A program made the position numbers and the translations under genes. A DNA stretch of 64,000 nucleotides from contig OZ024741.1 in NCBI GenBank assembly GCA_964016885.1, positions 188,666,001 through 188,730,000 of the forward strand, given 5' to 3'. How positions within the stretch are numbered: position 1 is the stretch's first letter; each line of letters opens with the position of its first letter. Below are positions 27,980-41,765 of this stretch, one piece after another. Below the pieces are notes generated by a model, which was not told the origin of the DNA, did not search any database, and worked only from the letters and a program-made list of their open reading frames with translations. The stretch is from Eledone cirrhosa (Eukaryota).

Positions 27980-28405
27980 TGTGTTATATAAAAATACATA
28001 TATCTATTATATTATATTTGTGTCTCAAATGACTTTCTGTATATAATATGTACCTAAACTCCACAACATGTTACCAGGTCAGCCTTAATAACATACACAC
28101 ACACACACACACATATATATATTTAGATATTTAACATCATTATCATTCCAATTATCTGCTTCTCATGCTGGTATGGGGTTGATGGGCTGTCATGACCTGA
28201 GTCAGTTTTTATTCAGAGTTATTGCCTATCTAGATGGTTTGGAGTATCACGTCTCACTTGTAGATGTTATTTTTGACAGTTGGATGCCTGTCCAAAACCA
28301 ACTGCTTTACAGAGTGTACAGGATGCATTAATCATGACAACAATACTAGAAAAGTTGCTATGTCTTTGGCAATACTAAAGAGTCCTCTCTATCCTATATC
28401 ATATA

Positions 28406-28868
28406 CGAGGGGTTTCAAAAAGTTTGTGGAAAACGTACATAGCTAAAAATATGCAGGGATTTTGATCTCAATGTACCAGTTGGAAGTCAGCATCCCCTCA
28501 AGCAACATGGCCTCCAAAAAAACATGAAATTCATGGTGAAGCTAGGGTGGAAGAGCAACCAAATCATTGACGCCCTGGAGCAAGTTTATGGGGACAATGC
28601 CCCAAAGAAATCAACAACCCTACAAATGGATAAGTCGTTTTAGAGAGATGAGGTTGAAGATGATCCCCAGTTGAAGATGTAAAACAAACTGCTTTGACAT
28701 GAATTAAATTGCATGGCCCTCAATTTTATACAGATGGACTTAAAGGCTGGTATCAATGCTTACAGAAGTATATTGACCTAGATGGAGCATATGTTGAAAA
28801 ATAAACATCATAACTTATACCGTTTTTTTCAACTGTCCTTTTTCCACAAACCATTTGAAGCCCCCTCG
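28406..28868 (+). mobile_element. Internally deleted mariner (Hsmar2/irritans-like) transposon
   Basis: TA TSD; TIRs CGAGGGGTTTCAAAAAGTTTGTGGAAA / TTTCCACAAACCATTTGAAGCCCCCTCG; remnants NMKFMVKLGWKSNQIIDALEQVYGDNAPKKS..YKWISRF and DGLKGWYQCLQKYIDLDGAYVEK*. Confidence 0.88.
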
Positions 28869-29404
28869 TATATTGAAACTCTGAGTCAAAATGTTGCACT
28901 TGCCCCTATGGTATAGGTTACAATTCATTGATCCATTTGAATATAGAATTGTAGTTTCAGTGATGTTCCACCTTTTGCTTCTAGGTGTATTGGGATAAAA
29001 TGGTGGAGTTGATCCTGTCACAGATTTTGAAGGAATGAATGTGGTGTGTGTATGCCTGTTTATTATCATCTGCAGTTATTATCTTTGCACTATACTCAAG
29101 TGCCTTTATGAAGAATTTACTATTAAGTAAACAGAGCATGATGTTGCTGCAATTGTATTCTATTGGATGGTTTGGAATTTTTTGTTTACCTTGTTTGTGG
29201 TTAGATATTTGACACAACACTGCCAGTAAAAGGAAAATTGGTGTTGTGTAAAACTGGTAACTTAGACACTTGATATAATAAGTAAGAAATTCAAATATGT
29301 AGTGCTCTTGGTGCAATCAACTCAAAAAATTCTTAGAGGTGGTGTCCTTGTAGGTTACAGTCCAATGACAAAAAAACAAGCAAAAGAATAAAGGGATATA
29401 TATA

Positions 29405-29719
29405 TATATTGTTATACTTTGGGAGGGTCATGCTGCCAATAAAAACACATGCACCTGTTTATTTTCACTTTAATTTATTATAAGTTTCCTGTTGGTTGGT
29501 TGGTTGGTCCGATAACCGGAAGGTTGTTTATATATTGTCAAAGCTCTTTCATCACACATTCTGTGACCTCCTCAGTCACAGAATATATAAGCAACCATCC
29601 GGTTATCGAACCAACCAACCAACCAACCAACCAACTGGAAACTTATAATAAATTGAAGTGAAAACCAACAGGTGCATGTGTTTTTATTGGCAGCATGACC
29701 CTCCCAAACTATAACAATA
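29405..29719. repeat. Fold-back element (~135-bp arms) with a minus-strand hammerhead core in the loop
   Basis: Arms ~29405-29536 and ~29582-29719; loop (-): CTGAGGA GGTCACAGAATGTGTGAT GAAA GAGC TT TGAC; related pieces at 18510-18570, 19745-20010, 52745-52860. Confidence 0.7.
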
Positions 29720-29834
29720 TCTGTTTCAACACACGTTTTCAGATAAGAAATCTTGCAAAACAAATTTAAAAACGAATATATATAGATTTCTCATGAATGA
29801 AACAGTTCTAGTCCTGTAGAAGCTTTTCTCTCTC

Positions 29835-29869
<35 letters not shown>

Positions 29870-30174
29870 GTAAAGTACCATACCATGTTTCAACCATTTA
29901 GATGTCCTACCAACCTCCTGATACTTTATGACCATTGCTAAACATATAACCAATACACCACTAGTATGATTGTTCTGATTTAGAAGATGGAGCTGTGAAG
30001 ACGTTGAAACATTAGTACACACATGGACTTAGAAATGCTACTGTTCTTAACTAAGCAAAAAGAATTAATAAGGAAATATGAAAAAAATCTTTTATAAAAA
30101 TGATCAAACTGGAGCACAGTTATGTTTCCAATACAACTTTGAGAGAAAATCTGTTCCCTAATCATATATATATA

Positions 30175-30608
30175 TAGACGGTAGCCACAGAGTAGGCAGA
30201 CACAGAAAAACCTGGGACGACTTGATAAATTCCGACTTCACACACTTACACTTCTCCAAGACAATGTCACTGGACTGAGATCTACACAGTAATACAAAAG
30301 ACCCGCCTTGCCTAAGTACAAAGCGAAACCTACAGTCAGTAGGCACCTCTTAACAAAAATACACCCTCGTCCCACTACCCCCACCCCATCCCTTTCGATG
30401 TAAAGTTATGTTGGTACCACAACATCCTGTCCAAAATAAATGAGGTCGTGTAGGTGTTACGACAAAAAAACACACAGTCCACGTTGTAATGTGGCCATGT
30501 AGGTAACACGGTAAAAACCTCCCAGTCCACACTGTAAATGTGGTTGGTGTTAGGAAGGGCATCCAGCCATAGAAAACCCGCCAAACAGTCCTATACGAGC
30601 AAGACAAC
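30175..30608 (+). mobile_element. 5'-truncated RTE LINE end
   Basis: Homologous to 48045-48195 (ORF end) and the RTE 3' UTR. Confidence 0.75.
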
Positions 30609-31865
30609 CAATCTGTTATTCTGGAGTTTCACCAGTTAGCCATAATAAATGAATATTTAAACTCTACCTTGGTATTGAGTACTCATTTTCATGTCTATCA
30701 ATAATGCATGGATACACAGACAGGCACACACACATATATATATATAAGGAAAAGAAATTGAAAATGCAACTAGAGTCTTTTAAAAATATTTATTTGCTTT
30801 ACCAGTTTCACAGTTCTTATGATTTTAAAAAGTAAAATTGAGATGGAGCGTTTGTGTTTCTGTTGATATATATATATATATATATATATATAGTGTTTAA
30901 GTTTACCTTTCGTTTATGTCCTATAACTTAGTGGTTCTACAAATAGAGATTGATAAAATAAGTAACAAACTTGAAAAACTAAACATTGGAGTCGATATGA
31001 TCAACTAAATCCATAGAAGACATTGCTCCATTGTGGCCAGATTTATGTAAAATAATAATTGAATGAATGTGTTTGTTGGTGAGTATGTATATACATATAT
31101 GATTTCCATCTTGTAAATTTCACTCAGGTATTTGTTAAGCCAAATGATAGAATATGCTTGCCTAAAGTTGCTGTACAGCAACTTTAAATATAAGACTACG
31201 ATATATGGTATTGAACCCTACTATATAGCTGCTAAGTGAACTTTTTAACTACACAGCCATTTAACAGTGCTTTTGCATCATGGCTTAGGGGTTAGAACAT
31301 CGAGCTTGCAATCAGGAGGTTGTGAGTTCAATTCTCGAACCGGGTAATGTGATGTATCCTTGAGCAAGACACTTTATTTCACTGTAGAAATGAGTTGCTA
31401 CGTCACTAGTGTCGAGCTGTATTGGTCATTGCCTTTCCCTTGGACAACATTGGTGGCATGGAGAGGGGAGGCTGGTATGCATGGGCGACTCCTGGTCTTC
31501 CACAAACAACCTTGCCTGGACTTGTGCTTAGGAGGGGAACTTTTTAGTTGCAAATCCCATGGTCAGTCGTGGCCGAGGGGGGTCTTTACCCTTGGGCATC
31601 ATAGAGTTCAAATATGAATTTAGTGGTGACTCATCAAGTGATTAAAAAGTTTAGAAGAGTTTTTTCCTATTTTAATTTTCTGAATTTTTTTTACTGAAAT
31701 TTACATTACTTCATTGGTTGATTGAAAACTGGGTCTTTGGATTTTTTCATGATATATTCTATTTGTGAAATGTACTTTATCAATCCATTTAAAGGTGCTG
31801 TCCTGTGGCTAAGTTTCCTAAGGTCCAAAATAATGTTTGATGCTAACTTGATAAGTGATATGTTT

Positions 31866-33203
31866 TTTTTATTTATTATCATGATTTCTCCTGTCAATGT
31901 TGCATCCCTAACCAACTGAAAACTAAGCCTTTGGTTGCCTTTGTCCTACTTTCTAGTCCTGATAAATTCCATCTTATCAATAACCCTTATGCGAGTACTT
32001 CAAGAGATACAAAATTTAACCTAGGTCAGGATTCAGAGGGTAAAATATTTCAAAATTAAATAAATATTTAAATAATAATTTAGGCACAAGACCAGCAATT
32101 TTGAGGAAAGGGGAATAGTCAATTACATTGATCTTGTACAAAAATAATTATATAATAATGAATAATTTTTTCTATCTGATGAAATTTAAAGAAGATCTTA
32201 CAAATGAGAGGTGTCACCTGTGTTTATGTTTTAATTGCTTTTTGACTGTTCATAATCTGAATGATGATGAAGATTAATATATTTATCTCTTAGTCTTCAT
32301 TAATTGTGATAAGAGCAGGTAACCAGTATTCCACCCCTATTAATACCTGGATCAATAAGGTTTAGCTAAGCTGCAACCATCATCACCACCACACCACCAC
32401 CACCACCACCACCACCACCAACTGCTATTGTGTTACACTTGATCTTCTGTTAATCTATTCAAGGTTTACCTCATAAGAGAACAGGATGTATTTTGTTGTA
32501 TAGTGGTGTGAATGTGTGTGTGTGTGTGTATGTGTGTGTGAGCGAGAGAGAGTGTGTGTGTGTGTGCATGTATAATATATATCTGATACACCTACATTTA
32601 TATCTATATAGATAAAGAAATAGCTGAGTTGTTATAGCATAAGACAAAATTGCTTGCAGTATTTGTTCTTACTAACTGTAATTTGAGTTCAAATCCCACC
32701 AAGGTCAATTTTGTTTTTTGTCTTTTTGGTGAGGTTAATAAAATAAAGTACCAGTCTAGGCAGAATTGGTACAGCATTGTATGAGATACCTTGATGTATT
32801 TGTTCCAGCTATTTCCATTCTGAGTTCAAGTTCCAATGTCATCTATTTGGGTAGAAGATTTAATCTGTTGTCCATTTTAACTGCTCCACCTGGTCATGAG
32901 TTCCTTTAGCAGAATCTGTTCTATTGCAAACATTCAGGCTTAGTCTCTAGTTTGAGGATATCTTACCATCTCAAATGAAAAGTGTCATAGGCACTGTCTT
33001 TTCCTCTCTATTTTGAAATATTTCACCCTCTGAATCCTGACCTAGGTTAAATGTTGTATGTCTTGAAGTACTCACATAAGAGTTATTGATAAGATGGAAT
33101 TTATCAGGACTAGAAAGTAGGACAAAGGGATCCAAAGGCTTAGTTTTCAGTTGGTTAGGGATGTGACAGGAGTGACAGGAGAAATCATGATAATAAATAA
33201 AAA
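31866..33203. repeat. ~190-bp inverted repeat pair (31866-32056 / 33010-33203) with ~950-bp spacer
   Basis: ATTTATTATCATGATTTCTCCTGTCA...CTAGGTCAGGATTCAGAGGGTAAAATATTTCAAAAT and its reverse complement. Confidence 0.8.
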
Positions 33204-36200
33204 CTGAATAGTAAAATTAAAAAAAAAATGAAATTGATATTTTTATATCGCTTTTGTCATTTTGTTCTTATAATTCATCTACACCTCTGTTTTAATGTAA
33301 TTATTTTACAATGACGATCTGAAGTAAAAATCCAATAAAAGAAAACAAAAGTAGTTTTTTTAAAACCAATTTTTAATAAACTTCATTCTCTTCTTCTTCA
33401 ACTTTTTATAAATCTAATAAATTTAATGTAAATTTAGTGATTCACTAATTCATGTATATTGAAGAAACACAATTAGGCTGAAACAGCAGCTGTATATTTA
33501 TATTAGCAGAATTAATATTGATTTTTAATTTAGACACAAGACTGGCGAATTTGGGGTAGGGTAAAGTTGATTAAATCAACCCAGTACTTGACTGGTACTT
33601 TATTTTATTGATCCCAGAAGGATGAAAGGCAAAGTTGGTCTAGCCGGAAGTTGAATGCAGAATGTTAAAAGCCAGAACAAATACTGCAATGGCATTTTAT
33701 CTGACTCTCTGCTAATTCTGCCAACCTATCACACTCAAAATTAGATAAATATTAAGTGAAAAAGAAAATGATGTATCCTATTCATTAATAAGACAATAAC
33801 ATTTCAGCAGGACTTCTCTCTCTCTCACAAGAAAAAACTGAACAATCTATAAGAAAAAAGCTTATAAAAAAACTATACTCAAACTGCATTCTTATGGTCT
33901 TTAAATCTCTCTTCAACTTTGCTGATATGTAGGAAAAACAGTAGGATAGGTTTGTAGATATAACAATAAAAACAGGTTTTATTTCTTAACTACCATCAAA
34001 TATAGATCTCAACAGATCTTTGTAAGATAGGAATTTCACAGTATGTGGTTTTAAAATGCAGTTAAAATGGGACACAATTCACATCTTAATTTATAAATCA
34101 ATAAAATATGGTTTACGTTAATGTATCTGCAGAAATGTATATTTATAAGTCAATTAGATGTTGTAGAAATTTTATAGAAAATATCACAGATATTATCATT
34201 GTTTTTGTGTCCATAGAATAATTTATGATGTAGAGTTAAATGTGAGAAATAGATAAATGGCTATTAATAAAAAGAAAAGTGAGACAAACATATATATATT
34301 TAAACTAGAACAGAAGACATTCTGTCAAAGTAAGAAGTTATTCTGTTGAAGTAAAAAAATTTATTGCTGACCGCAAGCCAAATAAGAGAGAAAGAGGGAG
34401 AATAAGATTACTTAGTTATAACTGTCTTCAAGAGAAAAAAGAAGCCAATGCATGAAAATAACTCTACCCACCCCACTTGTTTTAATAATCAAAACTAAGC
34501 TCCTCAGGTCACCATTTTCTGATTAGCTGAAGTTTCTGACTGGCTAAAATTCTTGATTGGTTAAAACAACCAAAATGTCATCTGCATGAGAATTGCTACA
34601 TTAACCTCATTTTATATTGCTAGAAAAATAACAATTGCTGAGAGTCAATTTAAAGCAAAAGGTAGTGAAAAAAATAACAACAACAAACAACAAAACAAAA
34701 CAAAACAAAACAAAAAACAAATGACGATGCAAAATTACTAACATGATTGATTACTAAGGATGGTGTGTTGGTAAAGAATCCAAAGTAAAATACACTGGAA
34801 AGACATGTGAATGATGTAAGCCAGTTTATAACCTTTTAAATATTAGGAGCAAAGATCTGAATTACAGATCTGTCAACTCTCCCCGTCTGATGGGGGTATC
34901 TCCCACTCACTTTGGGGTGGGTGAGAGATGTCTTTGCTTGTGAAAATGGGTATAGCTTTCATTATGTAAAATCTCCCCATTTTGCCTCATTTCTCCCCGT
35001 TTTGAGGCACTTCTTTTTCATCGGTTTTTAACAGTTGGCAGGTCGGGAATTAATTTCTAGTGTATACAAAAACATTTGTGTGGAGGTGAGTTATTTGTGT
35101 AGACCAGGTTATATGTGTAATTGAAGTAACTTGTGTGTGGGCATGTGTATGTATTCTTTTGGGCCAGCATAGTCACCAAGTTGTGTTTTTAAGTGTTTAT
35201 AAGTGTACAATGTAGATCAAGTAGTAAGCCAATTCAACTATTTTCCAAGCTTTTAAATAAAAGCAGCTAGATAGTTGGCTGATATCCTCTCCTCATAGCA
35301 AAATATGCACACTACCATCAATGGTAGCATGTATGTTATGAGTACATGTATCCAAATATATGCAATATATAAAGTGGTTGGTGTTAGGAACTAGCCATAG
35401 AAACCAGGCTAAAATATGGAACATATGAGCAAGGTGTGGTTATCTAACCTGCCTTGTCTTGGACCATGATAACCTGTCCAACTCATGCTGGCATGGAAAA
35501 CAGACGAGAAATGATGATAAGGATGATAATGACTCCCTAGAATATTTATATGTAATGCACCTCAGTTAAATCTTACACCAGGTATCTCCAGTATTACCAA
35601 ATCCCGCTATAATCTGAATTACATTAATACGCACGTGTAAAGTGGTGGATTGGCAGATAAATGCTAAGCATTGGCTCTTTACTTTCTGAGTTCAAATCCT
35701 GCTGAGGTCAAGTTTGCCTTTCATACCTTCCAGGGTTGATAAAATAAAGTACCAGTCATGTACTGAAGTCAATATAATTGACTTTCCATTTCCCTCCAAA
35801 TTGCTGGCTTTGTGCCAAGATTAGAAACCATTAATGTGCAAATGGGTGAAAAAGTACTTAATAAATTTAATACAGTTAATTCATTTGTTCAAATCCAAAG
35901 ATCCACTCTATTGCTACTCAGAGTTTCTCAGTCTGAGTGATCCTTCAGAGAAAACAAAGAGATGAGTGGAAGAACTTAGTTTCAGAAAGGGTCTAGAAAT
36001 TAAGACATGGAGTACATTGGCTTTGGTTAAATAATGAAATGTACAACAAGGTAGGGGTTGATGGCTGCAGATGGTTGAGGAAGAGGGATCTGTAGAAATG
36101 GTCACTCAGTAAGGATTAGAGTAATATTACCATGGCAGAGTCAGTGATGGTGGAGAAATATATGGCGTAGTGTTATACAGAGAAGAATTACTTTAGCATG

Positions 36201-37361
36201 GTGTCACTAAGTGTCACTGAGGGAAGTTCATTGAATCTGTTAATGATTTCACTGAAGCTGTTGATAGTCTGGGGGAAGATATGAAGTATAAGCTTGAAGA
36301 TTTTGGACAGAAACCAGGATAATTTATATAAGATCCCTTTTATGTGTATCTTAATAAGATGGTACAATGTAGGAAGCTTGCTATTTCTATTTGTAAAATT
36401 TCATTTAATTTTATCAAAGAATCTTCTATGTTCATCAAATGGTATTATTTCCCTCTACACCTTTGTACATGTTCTTCCAATCATCAACTTAATGATGATG
36501 ATGAGGATTATCATCATCGTTTAACATCCATCTTCCACACTAGTATATATTTACTTAATGATTACATCATCACAACTCAAGCAAGTATGATGATGTTATC
36601 TGATTGAAAAACTGAAAAAATATTGATTTCTAGCATTTTGTAAAGATTTTGATTTTTAACAAAATAATATTAGCCATTGTCTAATATTGCTGTTTTTTGT
36701 AGACCACATATTTGGGTGGCCTTGTGCCAAGATTAGAAACCATTAATACACACCTGTGCAAATATTACAAATGGGTGAAAAAATACTTAATAAATTTAAT
36801 ACAGTTATTTTAATTGTTCAAACCCAAAGATCCACTCTGCTGTTATTTTCATGAACAGGATTGACATGTGCAGCTGGGTTGGAAGGGTTATCCCGGCTGG
36901 CAGGTATAAAATCAGTCAGCTTGAATTTACTTAACTCGACAGAAGGTGATCTCCAAGTTGCACTTGATAGGTTTGATACTGAGTGCTGCATGGCTGGAAT
37001 GAAAATCACTGCTGCAAAAACTGAAACACTTGTCCTTGCAAGGAAGCCTGCACAGTGCACTCTACATTAACTAATCTATCTATCTAGCTATCTATCTATC
37101 TATCCATTTATCTATTTATCTATCTATCCATCCATCTCCCCCCCCCTCTCTCTCTCTCTCTCACCTCATATTTCTTTCTAGTTAGTTATTTAATGCTGCA
37201 TGGTAATATGTAGAGTCTGACCTGATATTTTTATATAATTAGCTATACATGATTCTAGTAATCTGATAATTATATGAATTCTAGAGAAATCTTTCACTGA
37301 TAGTCTTATATAGTCTTATATTGTTTTTACTTATTTCTTTATTCTATGCTTCTTTTGGTAG

Positions 37362-37439
37362 GGTTCATCAAGCACTACTGAAATTTTGCTCAGAGTTGAC
37401 CCCAAGGGATATTTCTTTTACTGGAAAATTGAAGGAAAG
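37362..37439 (+). CDS. PLCB: PLC-beta coding exon 2 (PH domain)
   Basis: Pyrimidine tract + TAG acceptor; GSSSTTEILLRVDPKGYFFYWKIEGK (typical PLC-beta LRVDPKGYFLYW motif); GT at 37440; phase 0/0. Confidence 0.93.
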
Positions 37440-39256
37440 GTTTGTATAATTTGAATATCTCAAATCTTAACTTTTATTACAATACAAATTTATTAAATGA
37501 GCTATATCAATAGAAGATGTTAAAAATTAATTAGAAAATTAGCTCTTAACATATTGAAATGATTTGACACAAGATATTTAAAAACTAGTTTGTTAATTCA
37601 AATGTTTATAGTAACTAACTTGTGAAAATTTGCAATATTAGAGTAAGACATTAATTTTTAATGTGATGCAATCATAGTATTGTTTTGTACATTTCAAGAA
37701 TGTTTTGTTAATGCGGTCTTGTGTGGTACAGGACATTAAGAATTAATGAATTGCTTTTGTTATCACTGTTGTTGTTGGTTACTAACAATCATGTTTGCCA
37801 AAATGGTTTTAGGTCCTTATGCAATTCTGAGCAGATGCAGACCCTCTCTCAGCTCGCCCACTCTTAAGTTCTCTTCTCAAATGATTCTCATGAACTGAAG
37901 CAAATGTTAAATTAACTGAACAGTGAAATCAACAAATTAGAACTAAAATCAAATATAAAGAAAACACAATTCATGTTACACAACCATGCAATAAGTAAAG
38001 TCATCAAAGTCAACCATGATACTATTATAACAACTAACAAATATATCTTGGACAGCTGGCAAACATAAAATACAGTAAAATATAGGAAGTAAAAGAATGG
38101 ATTCAAGCTAGATGATGTATTTTTGGTAAATTGAATGACATCATGTGAAATAAGATGCTATTATGCCTGAAGCATGGACTGTTTGACAGCAAAAACTTAT
38201 GGAATAGAACAATAATCGTTGGCTAAAAACCGGAGCTTAGAACACAAAAAAGAATGGAAAGATTTATGTTAGGAATAAAAATGGTTAGAAAACAGCAGTA
38301 AAAGCAAACATTATAAAAGATATTCATTATCATCATTATCCTTACCATTTTATATCTATTTTCCATGCTTGCATGGGTTAGATTGATTATCACATTCCAA
38401 GGTCAGATATGCCAGATAACTGTGTCTTGCCTATATGTTCCTTTTTGGCATTGTTTCTATAGCTGGATGCCCTTCCTAACATCCATGACAGGTACCAGGT
38501 GCATTTTAAAATGAGGCAATAGAAGTGAGCAGGGCATATAGCATGAACAAATGGCAACAGATGGACAAAGTTATGTACAGAATGGGAACCAAGAGAGACA
38601 CGTTCAGATAGTCAAGAAAAACGAAGGACAAGCTGGAGTGATGAGATTGATAAGTTTATGAGCATTTTATGCCATGCTTTTCAGCAAAGAGTTATGGCCC
38701 TTTATGGTCTGAGTTCAAATCCTGTCCAGGTTAACTCCACCTTTCATCATTACGGGGTCGATAAAACAAAGTACCAGTAATACACTAGGATAATTGCTGG
38801 CCTTGTGCCAAAAGTAGAAACAATTATATGGATCAAAGTAGCACAGGATAAGAATAATTGGCACTAGTGTGGGAGGAGGGGATCTTTGATTTGTAGTGGG
38901 CAGTTAATAGCTGAGAATGATGACTAATAATAGAATATTTCTAATTCTAATTTGTAATAATTATGTACTTAACCCTTTAGAATTTAGATTACTCTATATT
39001 TATTATTATATTTTCACGGTAATGGCTTTATCTCACATAATATCGAATTTATGAGATTTTGATATTATTTATTTTGAGAACCTTAACATAAGTATGAGCT
39101 GCCAGTTACAGTCAGTTTGAACAGAAAAGGGGGAGACAATTCTGGCCGGATATGGCTAAAGAGTTAAAAGATGTCGTTTTTATGCTGAATATTATGCAAT
39201 GTAGATCTATATCAGTAAGTATATGATTTGATGTGTGTTGTGTCTTGCATTTTTAG

Positions 39257-39328
39257 GAAGATGTTGAAATCTTGGATTTAGCTTACTTGAGAGATACAAG
39301 AACAGGAAAATATGCAAAACTACCAAAG
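39257..39328 (+). CDS. PLCB: PLC-beta coding exon 3 (PH domain)
   Basis: TTTTAG acceptor; EDVEILDLAYLRDTRTGKYAKLPK (PLC-beta RDxRxGKYAK motif); GTAAAC donor at 39329. Confidence 0.93.
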
Positions 39329-39944
39329 GTAAACTTTCATTAATGTTTTGGACTATATAATTACTATTATCTAGTTCATAATATTAGTATTATTGACTAT
39401 GTAATTAGTATTATGGATAATGATGATGACTGTGCAATCCCAAACTTGATAGATTTTAACAACCTACCTTTTATTTGATCAATATTCTCATTATTATTAT
39501 TATTTTGCATTGCTGATAATGATTCCCCTCTCTTTCTCTAACCTGATTTGCTTTCATCAATCAGGAATCAAGCTACCAACTTTTCTTCTCATTAATCTGC
39601 TTCTTTTTTCATCACTCTACCTCTGTTTTCATCAGTTTATCTCACTTTTCATCAATCAGCTCTCTTTCCATTAACCAGCTTCTTTTTTCCTCAATCTACC
39701 TTTCCTTCTCAATAACTTGTCTGTGTTTCAACAGCCCCCTTTATATTTACTAATTTTCTTCTATAAACCATCTTCCTCTCTCTTTCCACCTCTCCTTCCT
39801 TTCTTCGTCCTTTTCTCCCACATGTATACAACACAATTCAACTACATCAGTTTAATAAGTTTCCAAACATTTCATTCAATTTATATAGTTTATGATCTGA
39901 ATTTTCAGACAAATCCATTCTACTACAATGACTGACATTAACAT

Positions 39945-40370
39945 GTATCTAAATTTTGTTCCTCTACATGTGAATGTAATTTTGTATCTATCTACATGTG
40001 AATGTAATTTTGTATCCTTCTGCATGCGACCAATCTCTGTTCCTTAACACATGACTGTATTTCTATTCTTCTACATGTGACTGTAGGATTTCCTTCCTAT
40101 ACATATGACTTATAATCTTTTGTCTCTTTACATGTGAATGATTTTTCTGTCCTAGATATGAATGTATTTTCTCATCCCTCTACATGTAATGTATTTTTTA
40201 GTTCCTGTACATGTTACTGCCATCTTTTGTTCCTCTACATGGGATTGTAATTTTCTGTTCCCCTACATGGGAATGTAATTTTTGATCCCTCTACATGTTA
40301 GTGTAATCGTTTTTGTATTTATATCTGACAGTAATTTCTCATCCCTATACATGTGAATGTAATGTTTTCA
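39945..40370. repeat. Degenerate ~30-bp tandem repeat (CTCTACATGTGAATGTAATTTT...) directly upstream of exon 4
   Basis: Recurring TACATG(T/G)GA(A/C)TGTA motif. Confidence 0.7.
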
Positions 40371-40394
40371 CCTGTTTTAATTCTCCTTACACAG

Positions 40395-40538
40395 GAAAAA
40401 AAAGTCAAGGAGGCTGGCTCTAACTTTGGCTCTTCGAACATTCCACTTGGAGACAAATGTTTTACAGTTTGCCATGGTTACGACTACATAGAATTGGAAT
40501 GGCTTCATTTCATTGCAGAAAACGCTGACGTGGCAAAG
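40395..40538 (+). CDS. PLCB: PLC-beta coding exon 4 (PH domain)
   Basis: CAG acceptor; EKKVKEAGSNFGSSNIPLGDKCFTVCHGYDYIELEWLHFIAENADVAK; GT at 40539; phase 0/0. Confidence 0.93.
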
Positions 40539-40939
40539 GTACAATATTGAATTTTACCAATCTCATTTTAAAACTTTTCCAAACTGCTAATCTCATCTAT
40601 TTTGTAAACAATATATTATTGTCCCCTTTCTTGTTGCGCCCTTGTGGCTAATAAAGAAATCAATATATTAACCCATTCATTACCATATTATATTTAGAGA
40701 CAAAACATTTATTAAACTTTTCATTATTGTATTTCTAATGAAATACACTGCCTTTGTGTTTCAATTGACTTGAATTAATTCTTCATGCTGTCACATACTG
40801 GATGTTCCACTGGATAGAAGGAAGGAGAATTGAGAGGGTGTCTGTGTCTGCTTTCAACTGTATGAGCTCCTAAAATTCTTAGTGAAAGCATAGAGCATAA
40901 GTCATACTCAATTATGAGTGACTGCTGTAATAATAATAA

Positions 40940-40983
<44 letters not shown>

Positions 40984-41304
40984 CATACTCTACTATTTAA
41001 TTTAATACTAGTCTGTCAAGCTCACACTATATGCAAATAAGTATCATCTAAAATATATTATTTTCAAAATCTCTTGGAAGCTTTAACTTCTATACCCCAG
41101 TTCTGAGTAAGTAAGCATCAATAATGATAGAGTAACTATCCTAAAATACTAGTATTTAGCATTCACATAGAACCACAGAAGTACCTGTTATGTAACCATA
41201 CCTTAAAATACTCACTGCCCAACATATGACAGATATAGGAGTTCAGTTCCTAAAAGCATCTGTCAACTTTGTTTTCCATTTCCTGGAGTATTTTACTTGC
41301 CTTA

Positions 41305-41765
41305 TTCAACTATTATACAGAACTAATGAGAAATCTACAGATACTCCACCCTGAATATACTTTCAGATTTATACATGTGATTATTGGGGCACTGGGATAT
41401 GTTAGTAACTGCCTCAGCACAAATCTTGAGAAGCTAGGCTTCACAGAAACAGAAAGAACACGACTAGTTAGGAAATTACAAGTACAATCCATTAATGGAA
41501 CAGTAAAAATATGTAAAACATTCCAAAAATTCTGCATCTAATAACTGCATATACACTTGTACAGATACAAAGCATATGCACATGCACACATACAACACAA
41601 AACATACACATCCATACCTGCACACGCATGCATGCAGACAAACATACATATCTACCTAGTTGATGTTGTGTAAATTCCAATGAGAGAGTCTTGTGTCTAT
41701 GTTAGAAACCGACTCTCTCTCTATTGGAAAAAAATTGTGAAATTATAAAACCAGAAGAACATACA
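41305..41765 (+). mobile_element. 3' end of an RLE-type (R4/Dong-like) non-LTR retrotransposon ending in (TACA)n
   Basis: YTELMRNLQILHPEYTFRFIHVIIGALG..LEKLGF..LQVQSINGTVKICKTF; homologous to 57675-58310. Confidence 0.7.

Noticed and set aside
34865-35046. Possible hAT MITE (CAGATCTGTCAACT / AGTTGGCAGGTCGG)
   Set aside because: TIRs are imperfect and there is no clean 8-bp TSD; too weak to call.
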